64,000 nt of DNA, taken from NCBI GenBank assembly GCA_964016885.1, contig OZ024741.1:134230001-134294000 (forward strand), written 5' to 3'. A program made the position numbers and the translations under genes. Within the stretch, counting starts at the first letter, position 1. Every line of letters starts with the position of its first letter. Under the pieces are notes generated by a model. That model did no database searches, was not told the DNA's origin, and was given only the letters and a program-made list of their open reading frames with translations. Shown here in pieces: positions 1 through 14,505 of the stretch. Source of the DNA: Eledone cirrhosa (lineage: Eukaryota).

Positions 1-875
1 CTTATTTTGTTTCTTGTAAATAATTTTTTTCAAAATATCAATTGAAAACTTGATCATTTCATTTTTGTGTAAAGCATTATTTTCAAATACAAATTCAAAG
101 TTTAATTATTTATTTTTTAACATAATAAATATATGAAAATATATTTTATACTTTGTCCTAATGAAGAACTTCAGGGTAAACAAGATTTCTTGTCTTTCTT
201 TGATTGGCTAAAATGTAGTGATTGGCTAAAATGTAGAGGTTTTTTGAAGTTCCAGTCCTTGAAACAGCCACATAAAACATGCCATGACTGAAACATGGGT
301 TTGTCAGATCTATGCCAATAGTTTTGAAAGTTTTACCTCGACTCTTATTGATGCGGAGGGTTGATCATATTAACATATAGACTGATCTAGAGCAGTTAGA
401 GAACTGTATACTATCAGACTTCATATATAGGTTCGATCAGACTTCATATATAGGTTCGTCTTCTTCAGAAACAATTATGTGAAAACTTTTGTAGATCTAC
501 AAAATAAAATTGTAAAATTATAATATTATAAAATTCAATTAAATTGTTTAGAACTACAAGTGAAGTCATTCTTTTCCTTTTTTTTTCAAATATTCCTTAC
601 TGTACCAAAGATTTCACACAATTGTTTCTGAAGAAGACGGTCTGATCAAACCTATATATGAAGTCTGACTGCTATAGATCTGTCTATTTTCACACATTTT
701 TCTATATATAAATTCATAGAAAATGTAAGAAACTCGGATGCAGAAACAACTGTAGACATAGTATACGTAGTTAGTGTTATGAAGCGCATCCGACTGTGAA
801 ACATAGCCTCAAAACGCCCCGCCCAACCTATTCCAGAATGGAAAAGTCGATGTAAAAAAGATGATGGAATCATAC

Positions 876-949
<74 letters not shown>

Positions 950-1129
950 TGGTATAGCAAGCTACATCGGACACTAGAACAGTTCCTTTATTTTCCTCGG
1001 GAAAAGAGATATTAATCTCGAAATATCAAGACATATGAATAAATTAAGGTAAAAAAACAAGCCCTGTTTCTTACGATTAAATTATCCTCCGCCCAAACCC
1101 GCATTGTCGTGGCTTTTAAACTTCGAATT

Positions 1130-1260
<131 letters not shown>

Positions 1261-1365
1261 TGTTTAACTCTGACGGCAGGGCTCAAGCCGTTTCGACACT
1301 ACTACCCTAAATATTGAGTACTCTGGTACGTTATGGTCCATCTGGTTCCTTACCACACTTCCTTC

Positions 1366-1425
<60 letters not shown>

Positions 1426-2099
1426 TATATGTGTGTACATTTAACGATCGACTTTCGTCAAATCGGACCGAGGAAACAATGTATCCATTGGTCTTTCCAA
1501 TTGCTAATACTCTTTATCGGTCGCAACTCCAGGTAGAAGGAGCAACGTGAAATAAAGTGTCTTGCTCAAGGACATAACGCATCGTCCGGTCCGGGAATCG
1601 AACTCACAACCCTACAATTGTGAATCCAATTCTCTAACCACTCACCCACACGCCTTCATATGTATGTATGTATGTGTGTGTGTGTGTGCGCGTGTGTGTG
1701 TGTGTGTGTGTGTGTACACGCAAACACGAGATGAGGGGCTATCAGAAGGTTTCCCTACTGCACGTGCTCTAATTGTGCTGTTGAACGGAAATGAGTAATC
1801 AGCTGACGAGTATTGGTTGACAGCGTATTGAATCGGTCAACAAATAGGCTTTATATTATTTTATTATTATTATTACTTTGATATCTCGCCGAGGTTAACT
1901 TTGCCTTTCATCCTTACGGGGTTGATAAAATAAAGTACCAGTAATACACTGGGTTATTGCTGGCCTTGTGCCAAAAGTAGAAACAATTATTACTTTGATA
2001 TCTCAATCATTGTTATTTAACCGGAAAATTTACCCTAATGAACATCAAGCTTCTACCTGCAGCCTCAGATATTCAGGACATATCGGAGGGTCTTTGCTG

Positions 2100-3370
2100 T
2101 TCCCAGTAGGTATGCCTTCTGGAGTGTTCCAAAAAAGGAGGCTAGACTAATGTTCTTTAACCAGTTTTGGAAGCTCTTCGGGATAGTACCTCGTGCTCCT
2201 ATGACTATGGGCACGACTTTGATCTCATGACAGTCCCAAATCCTTTTCAGTTCCCACTTTAGATCCTGGTTCCGGTTAATTTTCTCCTCCTATTCTTGCA
2301 CTCTTGTGTCAAAGGGACAAGCTACATCTATAATCAAGCAAGATCCTTTTTTTTTTTTGTCAAAAACTACCAGGTCAGGCCTATAGTGTTCTAATTCTTT
2401 GTCCGTTTGTATCCTGAAATCCCAGAGCACCTTCACCCGATCGTTTTCTGTCACCGACTCAGGCTTATGCTCATACCATTTCTCAGACTGAGGTAATTTG
2501 TTCAGTTTGCATAAATGCCAGTGTATCACTTTTCCTATGATATCATGCATCCATCCTTTATAGTGAGTCTGGACTAGGTGTTTACACTCGGATACGACGT
2601 GAACTACAATTTCCTTTCTCTCACCACAGATCCTGCAGAGCGGGCTAGCCCCCTCCTTGTCAATACTGTGAGAAGAGATGAAAGAAAATGCCACAAAAGA
2701 ATAATTTCAAGATATAGAATCAGCAATGCCTTTAATGGCAGCTGGAAATTCGCCACGAAGAGCTTTTTCTTTCCGTGACTGTTCTTGTTTCACTTTAAAG
2801 GCTTTGTTGTATGCTTCATAATCTTGACTTTCTGTAATAGTCTTCCTTCAGAACTTCTCTGAGCAGTGGTTCTTCCGTTACTGTCAGATAGTTCCACAAG
2901 CTGTAGCACTAACTACGTAAACATTGTCCAACCCCAATTAAGCCTCTCCAATCTTTCTCTTAAGGTACAGTCTTGCAATATTTATCCGTGGGTATTAAGA
3001 TCTTACACGTGTTAAGATCTTAACACGTGTTAAGATCTTACACATGTTAAGATCTTACACATGTTAAGATCTGCACATTAAGATCTTACGTGTGCGTCTA
3101 TCAATTCTTTCAAGGTCTTGTTTCATCCAATCAACTATTCCAGCACTATACCTCACTACTCCCAAAGTCCATTGTTTTATTCCAGATGTTACATTTCCTG
3201 CATACAGTTTTCACTTGGACAATTTTCTCATTCTCCTGAGGTACTCCTTTTCAATCTTTTCCTTCATTTCGCCTGTTCTAATTCTTGCATCCTGCATCAT
3301 GCTCAAGTATTTAAAATTATCTTTTACCTGTTGAACAGAAAGATTGTCGCAGTAGGTCTTAAGGTTGCAA
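2100..3370 (-). mobile_element. R4/Dong-clade non-LTR retrotransposon 3' fragment (degenerate)
   Basis: ORF 2290-2694 has a CCHC knuckle (CRICG...HVVSEC), VLWDFRIQTD and RPDLVVFD...IIDVACP (restriction-like endonuclease). Confidence 0.85.
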
Positions 3371-3394
3371 AGACCAACTTCTCATTAACCGTAT

Positions 3395-5060
3395 GATTCT
3401 GGAAAAATGATATATCAAGCACAGAAGTTTGAGTACTGCTTGGATTGACTATAAAAAAACATTTGACAGTGTTCCCCACTCATGGATTTTGAAAACTTTG
3501 GATGTCCTGAAAATTTCCCCAGTAATATCAAACTTCCTGAAATGACCGTCTGGAATGCAAATCTATCACTCACTCAGTCAGTCATGGAACCATAAATTAC
3601 AGCAGCATAAGTACTAACTGTGGTACTTTTCGAGAGGATTCGTTTTCTCCTCTGATAGTTTACATTGCACTCATGCTGCTGTCTCTAGCGCTCAACAAAA
3701 TAAAATATGGCTACAAAATGGACAGCAAAACCATAAATCATTTGTTTTATATGTCTTGAAACTGTATGCCAAAAATGACAGCAAATTGGAAAGAATGCTA
3801 CTGGAGAGTACGTGCTGTCTTGAAAAGTGAGTTCAAAGCAAAGAATAAACTATCTGACAGACGTGCGCTTGCAATCTCAATTGTCACCAATAGGTTCAAT
3901 GTCATAAATTAGTACGGTAATTAGATAAAGAAAACGAACACCAAAATCAGGAACTTCTGACCTGTAATAAACTACATCCCCCAAAATTAGATGTGGCTCG
4001 CATCTATCTCTCTAGACAAAACGGGAGTAGAGGAATGATCTAGCTTGAGCTGTCATGCAAAATATCAATAATTGGACTTTAACAATACCTGAAACACACA
4101 GGTGATTAGATGCTGAAAATGATTGCAGATCACGAAAGGGATAAGGGGTTACATTTTGTCACAAACGAAAGTAGGAAGTTCGCGGAAGAATTGGGAATAC
4201 ATTTTGAAAGTGATGGCGATTCTGTAATTAGAGCCACAGAGAACATCAAAATGTTGGCAAAACATGAAGGTCAACGGAGACTGTGCACTAAATGGGAGCA
4301 AAATCCCCTGCTTGGGTTGTATGTTCTCCGCAGCAAAGAACCTGATGTAGATCAAATTCTCACCTATCAGTGACTGCGGAATTCTGAGCTAAAAGCAGAG
4401 CGTAAAGGCTTCATTTTGGCTGCCCAAGACCAGTGTCTTACAACGCGCAACTTTCAAGCCAATGTGATCAGAAATGGAACTGACCCAAAGTGTTGATTCT
4501 GCGATGAGTATGTTGTGACCATTGGCCACCTAGTTTCAGGTTGCAAGGTATTAGCTCCCCAGGAATATAAAACGAGGCATGATAGAGTGGGGCAACACTT
4601 ACACTGAGTAATATTCAGGTTTTATGGTATAAAATCAGCGGCAGAAGTGGTACAAGCATCACCTAGATACAGTAACAGGAGGCGAAAATGTGACAATCCC
4701 TGTAAACACCGACAAAACGATCAAGACCAAAAGACCTGATATAATTGTGAAGGACCATAAAGAGAAAACACGCTTCTTTGGCATGAGCATTCCATCAGAT
4801 TGTAGCGTTTCCTTAAAAGAGTTCCTAAAGTTCAGTAAGTATAAAGATATATCAATTGAAATTAAGAAAATATGGCATCTTAAGGCCTGTACATTACCAG
4901 TGATAGTTGGTGCACTTGGAATGATGAAAAAGGGAACTGAAAAATATTTGGACCAGCTACCTTGAAAACCATCGCTGCAAGAGATACAGAAAATAGTGCT
5001 GACTAGCACTGTCCATGTCCTGAGAAGAGCATTATCAATTTAAATTCTTCGCAAAGACAT
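3395..5060 (+). mobile_element. Second R4/Dong-clade LINE fragment, back-to-back with the first
   Basis: RT motif AWIDYKK.FDSVPHSWI near 3440, HLVSGC knuckle near 4530, RPDIIVKD...PVIVGALG in ORF 4690-4965. Many stops and frameshifts. Confidence 0.85.
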
Positions 5061-5199
5061 TTACTGTTGTTTATGCCCTTATAGCATCATTTGTGTGACA
5101 ATTGATTGTAAATGTGTATTACCAAATGTTACCTCAGGTGTCAGGTTTGCACTCGGCAAGATATGGGAAAGAAACAGAATTCAAAGGAAGTTTCAAATA

Positions 5200-5495
5200 A
5201 TGATTGTTTCTACTTTTGGCACAAGGCCAGCAAATAACCAGTACATTACTGGTACTTTATTTTATTGACCCGTAAGGATGAAAGGCAAAGTTAACCTCGG
5301 CGAGATTTCAAATAATAATTGTTCTACTTTTGGCACAAGGCCAGCAATTACCCAGTGCATTACTGGTACTTTATTTTATCGACCCCGTAAGGATGAAAGG
5401 CAAAGTTAACCTCGGGATTTGAACTCTGAATGGCAAGAGCCGTAACTCTATGCGTCAAAGCATGGCGTCCGACCCTCTACCGATACTGCCAATAA
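5200..5495 (-). mobile_element. SINE family 1, full copy plus tandem partial copy
   Basis: Reverse complement of the family 1 consensus. Confidence 0.8.
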
Positions 5496-5689
5496 ATAAT
5501 AATGATAGTTATTATTTATTTATTAGCATTAAGAGTCCTTACATACATACGTATATACATGCATATACATACATCCGCACATATACACATGCATATACAC
5601 ATACATATATACATACATACATACATACATACATACATACATACATACATACATACATACATACATACATACATACATACATACATACA

Positions 5690-6261
5690 TGGTGGCTGCC
5701 AACTCGTTTTCTAGTACGGCCACTACTTTATATCCATGTAGGAGAACCCCTAATGATGCGCTGAACGAGTGTGACTTTTTAGTCCAGCCAGCGACTTGAA
5801 AACTCTGGTACAAACACTACACTTGTGACAATTATTGACACATAGTGCTGGGCCCATGGTACCATGTGACGACAAGTGCAGAGAGATCTCCAGATATAAA
5901 GCAATGCCTGTGCCGTGAAGCTTTTATAGTGAGCAAAGGCACTGCACAAAGCCAGTCCCACTCTCTTAAGCAAGATGATATTTACCAAAAAGAAGAACAA
6001 GTCAACATCATTGGATACCATCAGAGTTGCAGGTGTTATATCAGAGTTTTCCTTCTCCTAGAATTCTGCCTTGACAAAGGCTAAGGGGTCATCTCTCCCG
6101 ATGATTTTGGATGGCCATTGACTCTTAAGAGCTCCTTTGCCCTTTGACAGGTTTTGTTTTTAGTCCTGCAGGATGTCCAAAGTCACCCTCCTCACCAAGA
6201 AACCTTGGTGGGGTTGCCAGTTTAGTCGCCAACGACCCGACCATGGGACAGGTTGTACTGT
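5690..6261 (-). mobile_element. Short bipartite non-autonomous RTE-like element, copy 1
   Basis: Near-identical to 27270-27850. RTE-like 5' UTR (gcgactaaactggcaaccccacc...gagtcaatggccatcc) joined to a CxxC..F...GL.SH 3' end. Flanked by (TACA)n. Confidence 0.65.
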
Positions 6262-6829
6262 ACATACATACATACATACATACACACACACACAAATAAA
6301 CAAATAAAACGTTATATATGGCTCTTACAAAATGTCTTGGGATGAATAAGATAAAGCTATATAAAATCGAGGTTGGGAATAAAGACGTCATACATTGAAC
6401 ATATTAAACATTAAATATTAATATGTTTTTAAGGATCAGACCAAGTAAACACTGGTATTTCCATTGCTAAATTGTTGATTACTTAGAATATATGTGAGTT
6501 TGAGTAATCGTCTTTGCATCCATTTTTCCATGCTTGCACGGATTGTACCAAGTCTGGGGTTTATCTGGGTTTCTTGTACGTTTATGAACTGGGAGTACAA
6601 GTTACTTCCCTGGATGGGATGCCATTCTGTCACAGGGCTAACTCTTGGTTCCCGCTGGTATTCATTTTCAGTTGAGTGAACTGGAACAACGTGAAATACC
6701 TTGCTCAACACCCTAACCACTAGGTTGCTCTGTGCCTTCACAGAATAAATATAATATTGAACAGATATAAGATTATATAAAAAGACTTCTTCCTCTTCTT
6801 TTTCTTCGTCTTCTTCTTATTATTATTAG

Positions 6830-7005
6830 TAGTAGAGGGTCGGACGCCATGCTTTCCAGCATAGTTACGTCGCTTTACGATCTGAGTTCAAATCCCGCCG
6901 AGGTTGACTTTGCCTTTCATCCTTACGGGGTCGATAAAATAAAGTACCAGTAATACACTGGCTAATTGCTGGCCTTGTGCCTAAAGTAGAAACAATTATT
7001 ATTAT
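6830..7005 (+). mobile_element. SINE family 1
   Basis: Near-identical to 14525-14694. Confidence 0.8.
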
Positions 7006-7009
7006 TATC

Positions 7010-7815
7010 AGCTGTTTGCTCTCTTCCGGAGAACTTTCAGCCCTGGGCTTATGCATAACTTCCAGAAATCCCTGGCCTGGCAGTGCTACAGGGGAGCGTT
7101 GCCGGTTGAGATAAGCTCTACAGGCACGGAAGTGCCGTCAGCCGAGCCTGTCCGAGATGCGTGCAGAGCGACGAAACCGTCGTGCACGCACTCGTTCAGT
7201 GCCCGAGCATTGCTGTCATGTATAGGACTGATCCGGTTATCGACTGAGTCCATTGTGCAGATGGTCTCGCCGTCTTCCTTCGAGGAGGAAGGGCAGGCGG
7301 TTTTCATCTGCCTGGTGGCCATGGCGAAAGAGATTGTGTGGTGGACAAGGTTGAAAGGGTTAAAGACAGACACTTTCCTCTTCGGCGAATCCCTAATTAA
7401 CTTTTGAAGAGGAAAATCAGGGTGGAGAAGCAAGTGGTGTCTTCTAGCAAGTTTGTTGAAAGGTGGGTGAATGTAGCGAAAATGGTCCGAGTGAACGGGA
7501 CCGCTCTGAATATACGCCTGTAGTTTGAGAAATGGAAAAATTGAGAGAGGGCGCTTGCCCTGGTGGTCAGAGTGGCCGTGGTCTTTTGTGTGGTTTTCGC
7601 CACGAGTAACCCTCGGAGGTTTCCCCTCTATTGGGGAATTTTTCATTGTTTCAATTTTCATTTTTATTGTTTATATATATATATATGTTTCTATGTCTTT
7701 ATTTTTCTTTTCTTATATAAATAATAAAAATCTTTACACGCACAAAACCCACATCGTACCGTCCTGTGCCGTCTGTAATGTTTTTCTTGATGTCAGCCCT
7801 TGTGGCCAATAAAAA
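7010..7815 (+). mobile_element. L1/Tx1-like LINE 3' fragment
   Basis: GC-richer insert. LAWQCYRGALPV followed, across a frameshift, by CPRC.QSDETVVHALVQC (zf-RVT-type). Ends AATAAA plus A-tail. Confidence 0.65.
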
Positions 7816-10688
7816 AATCGTCATCATCATCACCACCACCATCATTATCATCATCATCATCAGTAGAGTGCCAGACATTCTTTGCAATATGTAGTTACGT
7901 CCCTTTACGTTTTTAGTTCAAATCCCGCCGAGGTTAGCTTTGCTTTTCATGCTTACGGGGGTCGATAAAATAAAGTACCAGTTATGCACTGAGTCGATTA
8001 AATCGACTTTCCTCTCAATCGAGAAATATTGGCGAAAATTAGAAACCTTTTGGAGTATTGGGTGACGTGAAATCTCTATTCTGCAAAGTCACAGGTTGCA
8101 CAAGTGCCATCACCTCCCTGCTCCCAAACCTAGTCTTGCCGCCTTCTGGGATAGTCAGGGTTGTAACCGGTGGGGTTTTTTCGGTCCTGCTGTTTAGACT
8201 CTGATGCTAACCGTACCCCCCCCCCCTCTATCTCTCTTCTTCTTCTTCTTTTCCAGCTCCTTAGGACAGACAATCCTAACTAAAACTGGTTTTTACTGTA
8301 ATATGTGTAGTCGCAGCGCTCTCCGCCCTGCATCACCTCCGGGTTTAACAGATTATTTTGTTTTGGGAAATAATAATATTTACTACATTCAAGGGTGAAA
8401 AGTTAAAACTTTGCTCATTTAGTGACAAATTGTGAAATATTACATATTAACAATGCAACACATTCAATAACAACGAACAGTTATACTTGGTATGGAGTCT
8501 AATCAACTAACTTTATTTATATTTTACACTTCAATTCTTCTTTATCTAGTATAAAGCACATTAAATGAACACTGCATTACAAATTCAATTTTAAATTTAT
8601 TTGTATTTCGGAGTTGACTCCCTTGCTATTCCTGATAAGAATTAATCAATAAAGTTAATGATTTTTATTTTAATCCTTTTCTAACTGTCTGCTGGACTAA
8701 TGTGGTTTTAAGCGTGATACGATAACGGAATTTGGAGGTAAATCCGAATAAAGGTAGAATTTGTGTTGTCAATGGAACACGATCTGCAACATTACTATTG
8801 CAGGGACTTGGTTTGTTTCGCGCCACACTAACATCAATATAGATATCATAAAATAATTCTTCCAAACATTGGCACAAGGCCAGTAATTTGAAGGAAGTGG
8901 AAAATCGATTTCATCGAAACCACTACTTCACTGGTGCTATACTTTACCGGCTACGTAAGAGTGAAAAGCAAAGATGACCAAGGTGGGATTTGAACTCAGA
9001 ATGTAAAGGTTCGTAGCTATATGCCGCAAAGCATTTTGTCCAATGTTCTACCGATACTGCTAATCCAAGTATTACAAAAATATTGCAAGATAGTGTCTTT
9101 TTAAACTTTTACTTTTTTCTCCCCTTTAAATCAGAATGAATTTTGTTTCTAACTGTTTTCGAGTAGAACAGGCGGACATAATAGTAGTTTTAAAATGTTT
9201 TCAGCTTTTGTATTATAATGATAATATCCCGTTGTTTTGCATATATTACCGTGAACAACAGAATGGGTGTGTATAACTTGAACTTTGAGGCTTTAGCCAC
9301 AACAAAATGTCGATCAAAGGAACACAGCCATGTGAATTAACGGATTGCCATTAAAAGTGTTATCCAGAATGATTTAATTTTGTTGTTTATTTTTTTTCAT
9401 TTTTACAAATCTGCCTAGTAAATCAGGGTGGATATTTAGCAAGAGATAATTGGTTAGGCTTCAACCTGAAAAATAACCTATATAGGAAAATAACCGTTTC
9501 CATCTACAGAATACGTACAATGTTACAAACTGATACTATAGCAAAATAGAGGTCTAGTTTCTGGATTTAGGGAAACAGTTTCTCTCCTAGTATATATATA
9601 TGGTGTCAGGAGTAGGGCAATACACCTAGTGATACTATGTTCATGAAAGCCAAATGGCAAGAGTCGTGCTAAGATACTCTTCTTGTTTTATTGAGAGTGT
9701 GCATGGTGAAACTGGAAATTCATTCGACACCAAACATTGAGGCTTTTTTAACAGAAGTGCTACTAACAGAACTATCTTAGTTGATAAAAATAAAAGAAAC
9801 AAGGTTAACAATTATTTAAGACACTCAATTTGTTTATAAAATAGTAAAACTATTCGACTTTATTGCTGTCTCATGAAAGAGTTAGTGGTCGTTTCTTGTT
9901 TTACTGAAAACACCCAAAACAGAGATTAATGTTTGTTAACCGTGTGGAAGTTAAATCGTTGATATATGTAGTTTTAGAAATAATCAGTAATGAAATAAAA
10001 TAGAAAAGGAAAACAATGTTTTGCTATAAATAAGAAGTTTACTGAAACTGAAATTGAGGATATTGACTAAAATTATTATTTATATGATTTCCCGATCATT
10101 AGATCAGACCAAGGGAACAATGTTTCCATTAGTCTTTTGGTTGCTGATACTATCTACCGGTCGCAACTCCTGGTTGAAATAGCAACATGAAATAAAGTAT
10201 TTTGCTCAAAAACACAAACGTCGTCCGGTCCAAGAATCGAACACACGGCCTTATTACCATCAGTTCAACATCCTAACCACTAAGCCACGTGTTTCCACTT
10301 CTATTTTATTGACAACAAACTGGAACCGAACCAATAAACGATCATGTTTGATATAATCACTTAACACCAAAACAGATTCTTTTGTAGAAATACGCTAAAT
10401 ATTTGATGGGAGTTGATAAAGATCTAATAAGCCATGTAGAAATGTTCATGTATCGTTTGTATATTTAATATATATATATTAATTTAAAACGACGCATTTG
10501 AAGTTGTGTGAAGGAAAAAATAATTGTTTCTACTTTTGGCACAAGTCCAGCAATTACCCAGTACATTACTGGTACTTTATTTTATCTACCTCGTAAGGAA
10601 AAAATAATGAAATTTAATATGTAAATACATTCTCTGACAAACTCAATTAACATATAAGATTTTAAAATGCTTATATTTATTTTAATAA

Positions 10689-11255
10689 TCTTAACTATAA
10701 TAAAGGAAAGTCTGTGGGATTGCGTCCAGAATATATTTTTTTTACCCCGTTAATAAAATAAGTTGGATTACTTTGAATAAATAATTGTTTCTACTTTAGG
10801 CACAAGGCCAGCAATTACTCAGTGCATTACTGGTACTTTACTTTGAATAAATAATGAATGAATATTACATAATTTATGTGCTAAATTTCGTGGCTGTTGA
10901 TTAAATATATTTTATAGCTTATTTAAAGATCTTTAAAAATCAATTCTTTAAAATTATCAAATGTCAACACTTCCGGTTAGCGGCCGTTATGTTATAACAC
11001 TTATAATCGCATATATTTCCGTCGCTAATTTTCTCCTAATGCAGTTTATATATAATGTCGTCTTTTTTTAAATATATCATGGAATACTGATTACAGAAGA
11101 CAGTGTAACATAGGCTTTGTTCAATTTCTGTGTATATTGTCAATTACGATTTTATTTGATGTATCATATTTACATGCATATATATTTGTGTATAATATCA
11201 ATATACACACTACACATGCTAGCAGAAAACCACCCGTGGGGTGGTTTTCTGCTAG
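10689..11255 (+). mobile_element. Non-autonomous Helitron
   Basis: A|TC 5' end, subterminal hairpin gcagaaaaccacc/ggtggttttctgc, CTAG|T 3' end. Related copy at 28110-28691. Confidence 0.75.
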
Positions 11256-11304
11256 TTTATATAAATGTTGAAAACGGCTGTAAAAATAGTCGATCAGTAT
11301 AAAT

Positions 11305-11510
11305 AGTTGTTTCTGATTTAGGCCAACAATTTTAGGGGAGGGGAAAGTCGATTAAATCGACCCTAGAGCTTCACTGGTACTTTATTATATCGACCTCGTA
11401 AGGATGAAAGGCAAAGCTAACCCCGGCGGGATTTGAACTCAGAAATAAAGGGCCTCAACTCTATGCCACAAAGCATATTGTCCGACGCTCTACCGACTCT
11501 ACCAATTCAT
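11305..11510 (-). mobile_element. SINE family 1
   Basis: Family 1 consensus, longer variant containing gtcgattaaatcgac. Confidence 0.8.
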
Positions 11511-13235
11511 CGTAATAACAGTCTATCACTATAAATAATAGTTGAGAAAATCGAGTAAAATACCCTTGGAAATAGAAAAGTGTATTTATTTTACCAGAAT
11601 TTTCTCAACTATTATTTATAGTGATAGACTGTTCTTACAGCTATTTTCTGCATCTAGGATGCTCTCATTTTCAAATATCAAATTCTCCTAATGTTCCGTA
11701 AAATCATACGTTAATATTTCTAAGGCCACGGAGATGAAATCGAAAGTTGTGAGGGAAGTTGTTCAAATTACATCTATTTGGAACATTATCTACTTATTAA
11801 CCTCCACAATAGAAATAATGGAATTAATGGTATTATTTGTAGCTTAAGATGTTTCCATTAACCTAATTAATTATAGTAATTAAATAATCTAAGTAATTAG
11901 ATTAAACAGTTTACGGAAAAGAATATTTATTAATAAATATAATCATTAATAAATATAATCATTGGTGGAAACGAGAGAAGTATGAGAGTCGTATTCCCTT
12001 ATCACAAGTAGCAACATAGTTTACGAGACTAGGGGTTGTATAAACCACAGTTAACATCATTCATGAATGGTTTGATATATACACTGGAATCAACATCCAA
12101 TCCAATCCAGGGTTTCTCACTCCTGTTGGACGAACTCCTCCCTGGTTGACCTCCACCGCTTTCTATTTGGTGTTGGTCATACCAAAGGTGTAGCCATATT
12201 CGCCATGCTTGGCCAATTGTACGTTGGTGAGGCTATTTAACTCATATTAAGGGTGGATGGCCATTGACTCTGCGAAGTTCATCCGCCTTTTTAACAGCAC
12301 TTGTTTTTAGTGCTGCTGGGGTTCCACTGTTTGGATTTTACACCTACCTCCCTTTTTCTAATTAACTGATATTTTAACTATAAAGTGGTGCTGGTCGTAG
12401 TTGAACATAATTTGACAGAATATCAGATAATTTGGGACATTCACAAATCAAATAGTGTTAGTTGCTTTTTATTTTTTACGTAAAACATATTGATTTATCA
12501 TCGACACAATAGTACAAACTTGTATATGTGTAGAGGTTTATTCAATTTAATCTACATCAATACATAACTGGTACTTATTTCATAAACTCCAGACTAAACT
12601 CTGTAATGCATCTTGTTCTGTGCTCTAATGTTTCTGCATGTCTACCGCTCTTTGTTTTCGTAAAATATCTTGACCAGAATGGTTTCTAGGGCTATTAGAC
12701 TTATTTAGGTCCATTGTCTTCTGTAGACAATGGGCCTAAATTTAGTGCCAACATAAATATATTTTTAAGCCTTCTGAGGATGCACATTATTAGTTACAAA
12801 AAAACTACATATCTATGTAATTTAAATATTTGCTTAAAGACGTAAGGGTTATCTCGTAACATCGTGCAAAGATTTAGCAGAAAATGTCTGTTAATTTAAA
12901 TGTTTATTCATTTAAATGTTTATAGTATTTTTACCAGTGAACAAATCAGTGAAAATCAAAAATATAAAGTAAAAGCTTTAATGTTTAATGTCATGCATTT
13001 ATAGTAATATTTTGTACTTTTCGAGAATGTCTTGTTAATGCGGTTTCATGCGGTACAGGACATTAAAAGTTAAAACGTATGATTTCAGAAACCACAATTG
13101 AGTGAGTGTTAACATAATGTAATAAGTAAAAAGTGTTTCAACTGATTAAAATTACCTTTGCAGTGAGGAAAGGAATAATATAAGCTCAAAGACCAATATT
13201 AATTTAATCCGATCGCTGAGAAGCACAGCTTCAAC

Positions 13236-13274
13236 TTCGGACATGTTTCAGTCTTATTTGAAATCATCAACGAA
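13236..13274 (-). ncRNA. Decayed hammerhead
   Basis: TTCG-TTGATGA-(weak stem II)-GAAAC-AT-GTC^CGAA. Confidence 0.45.
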
Positions 13275-13888
13275 CTCGTATACGTTTCTTGTCCATGTAT
13301 ATAGTGATCCTCTATCTCTAGGTGAAGCAAGCACTGAGGAGTTTAAGTAAAATCAAAACCTGTCCAGAGTGGCTACCAAGCTTACTTAGAATGTCTGAGT
13401 CTTAAACTTTTGTTATTGAAACTATGTTTTCTCCCTCTCCTCACTGCAAAAGCAATTTTAATTGATTGACATTATATTGTCCCCTACACATCTGGGTGCA
13501 CGAATTTGCATTACCCTTTGGGTGGCTGTGTGTGGCACAATTGCATACGGAAAAAAACGAAACACATAGGATGAACAAAAGCGTCCCTCCTCCTTATCAA
13601 CCACCCAAAGGGTAATGCAAATTCATGCACCCAGATGTGTAGGGGACAATATAATGTCAACCAATTAAACTTGCTTTTGCAGTGAGGAGAGGGAGAAAAC
13701 ATAGTTTCAATAACTAAAGTTTAATATATCTGTTTTTAGCAAGAAAGGCAACGACTCAGACATTCTAAGTAAGCTTGGTAGCCACTCTGGACAGGTTTCG
13801 ATTTTACTTAAACTCCTCAGTGCTTGCTTCACCTAGAGATAGAGGATCACTATATACATGGACAATAAACGTATACGAGTTCGTTGAT
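13267..13888. repeat. Fold-back element with arms of about 260 bp
   Basis: 13267-13524 is the reverse complement of 13601-13888, with an insertion of about 30 bp in the right arm. Confidence 0.95.
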
Positions 13889-13997
13889 TATATATATATA
13901 TATATAGTAAAAAATTGAACGGGAACAAAACAGAGAGGCAGTACGAACAAAGGTTTATTAGTTTCACGCTCTTGAGAGTGGGGTGGTGGTGGGGAAC

Positions 13998-14025
13998 GAT
14001 GTTTCGGGCATAAGCCCTTCTTCAG
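13998..14025 (-). ncRNA. Hammerhead-like core
   Basis: CTGAAGA-aGGGC-ttat-GCCC-GAAACATC. Stems I and III are poor. Confidence 0.5.
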
Positions 14026-14505
14026 GTGAAAAGTGTGTGGGAAGAGAGTTCCAAGGGTGTGTAGGGGAGTGGTGGAGAGACATATAGCAAAAAGGGGGTG
14101 AGAGGAAACGGTGCAAATGAAATATATATATATATGTGTGGGGAGGGGAAGCAGTTTGTTGTTACTGATTATTTATTGGTACCTTACTCGTATAATTCTA
14201 AGTTTTGTGGCTATTGAAACAAACTTTCATCACACACATTCAAATACAGTGTAGTTTTCTGAAAAGAAACTTAATTGTGTTAATATAGAATTGAAGTCCT
14301 ACAGATATTTTGTAACAATTTGTTTTAAACAGATCACTAATCTAATTCAAATTCTGATTGTCTTAACTTCTTGCCCAACATTACAAATTTTGGCTTCATA
14401 TTTTTTCATATTCTAATGGCTTTTAGGGTTTTTCAGAACGTTAGCATGTTATTTAGATGTATCTTGTAGTTTATAGTTAAGGCATGTTATTTAGATTAAA
14501 AAAAG

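Noticed and set aside
410-670. Hammerhead in the inverted repeat containing CTGAAGA
   Set aside because: The inverted arms are real, but no GAAA-stem III-NUH could be placed.
995-1030. HHR-like GAGAT/ATCTC-GAAA
   Set aside because: The upstream box reads GGGAAAA, too far from the core to call.
8665-8877. Possible minus-strand exon
   Set aside because: Weak splice signals, no recognisable domain, no partner exons.
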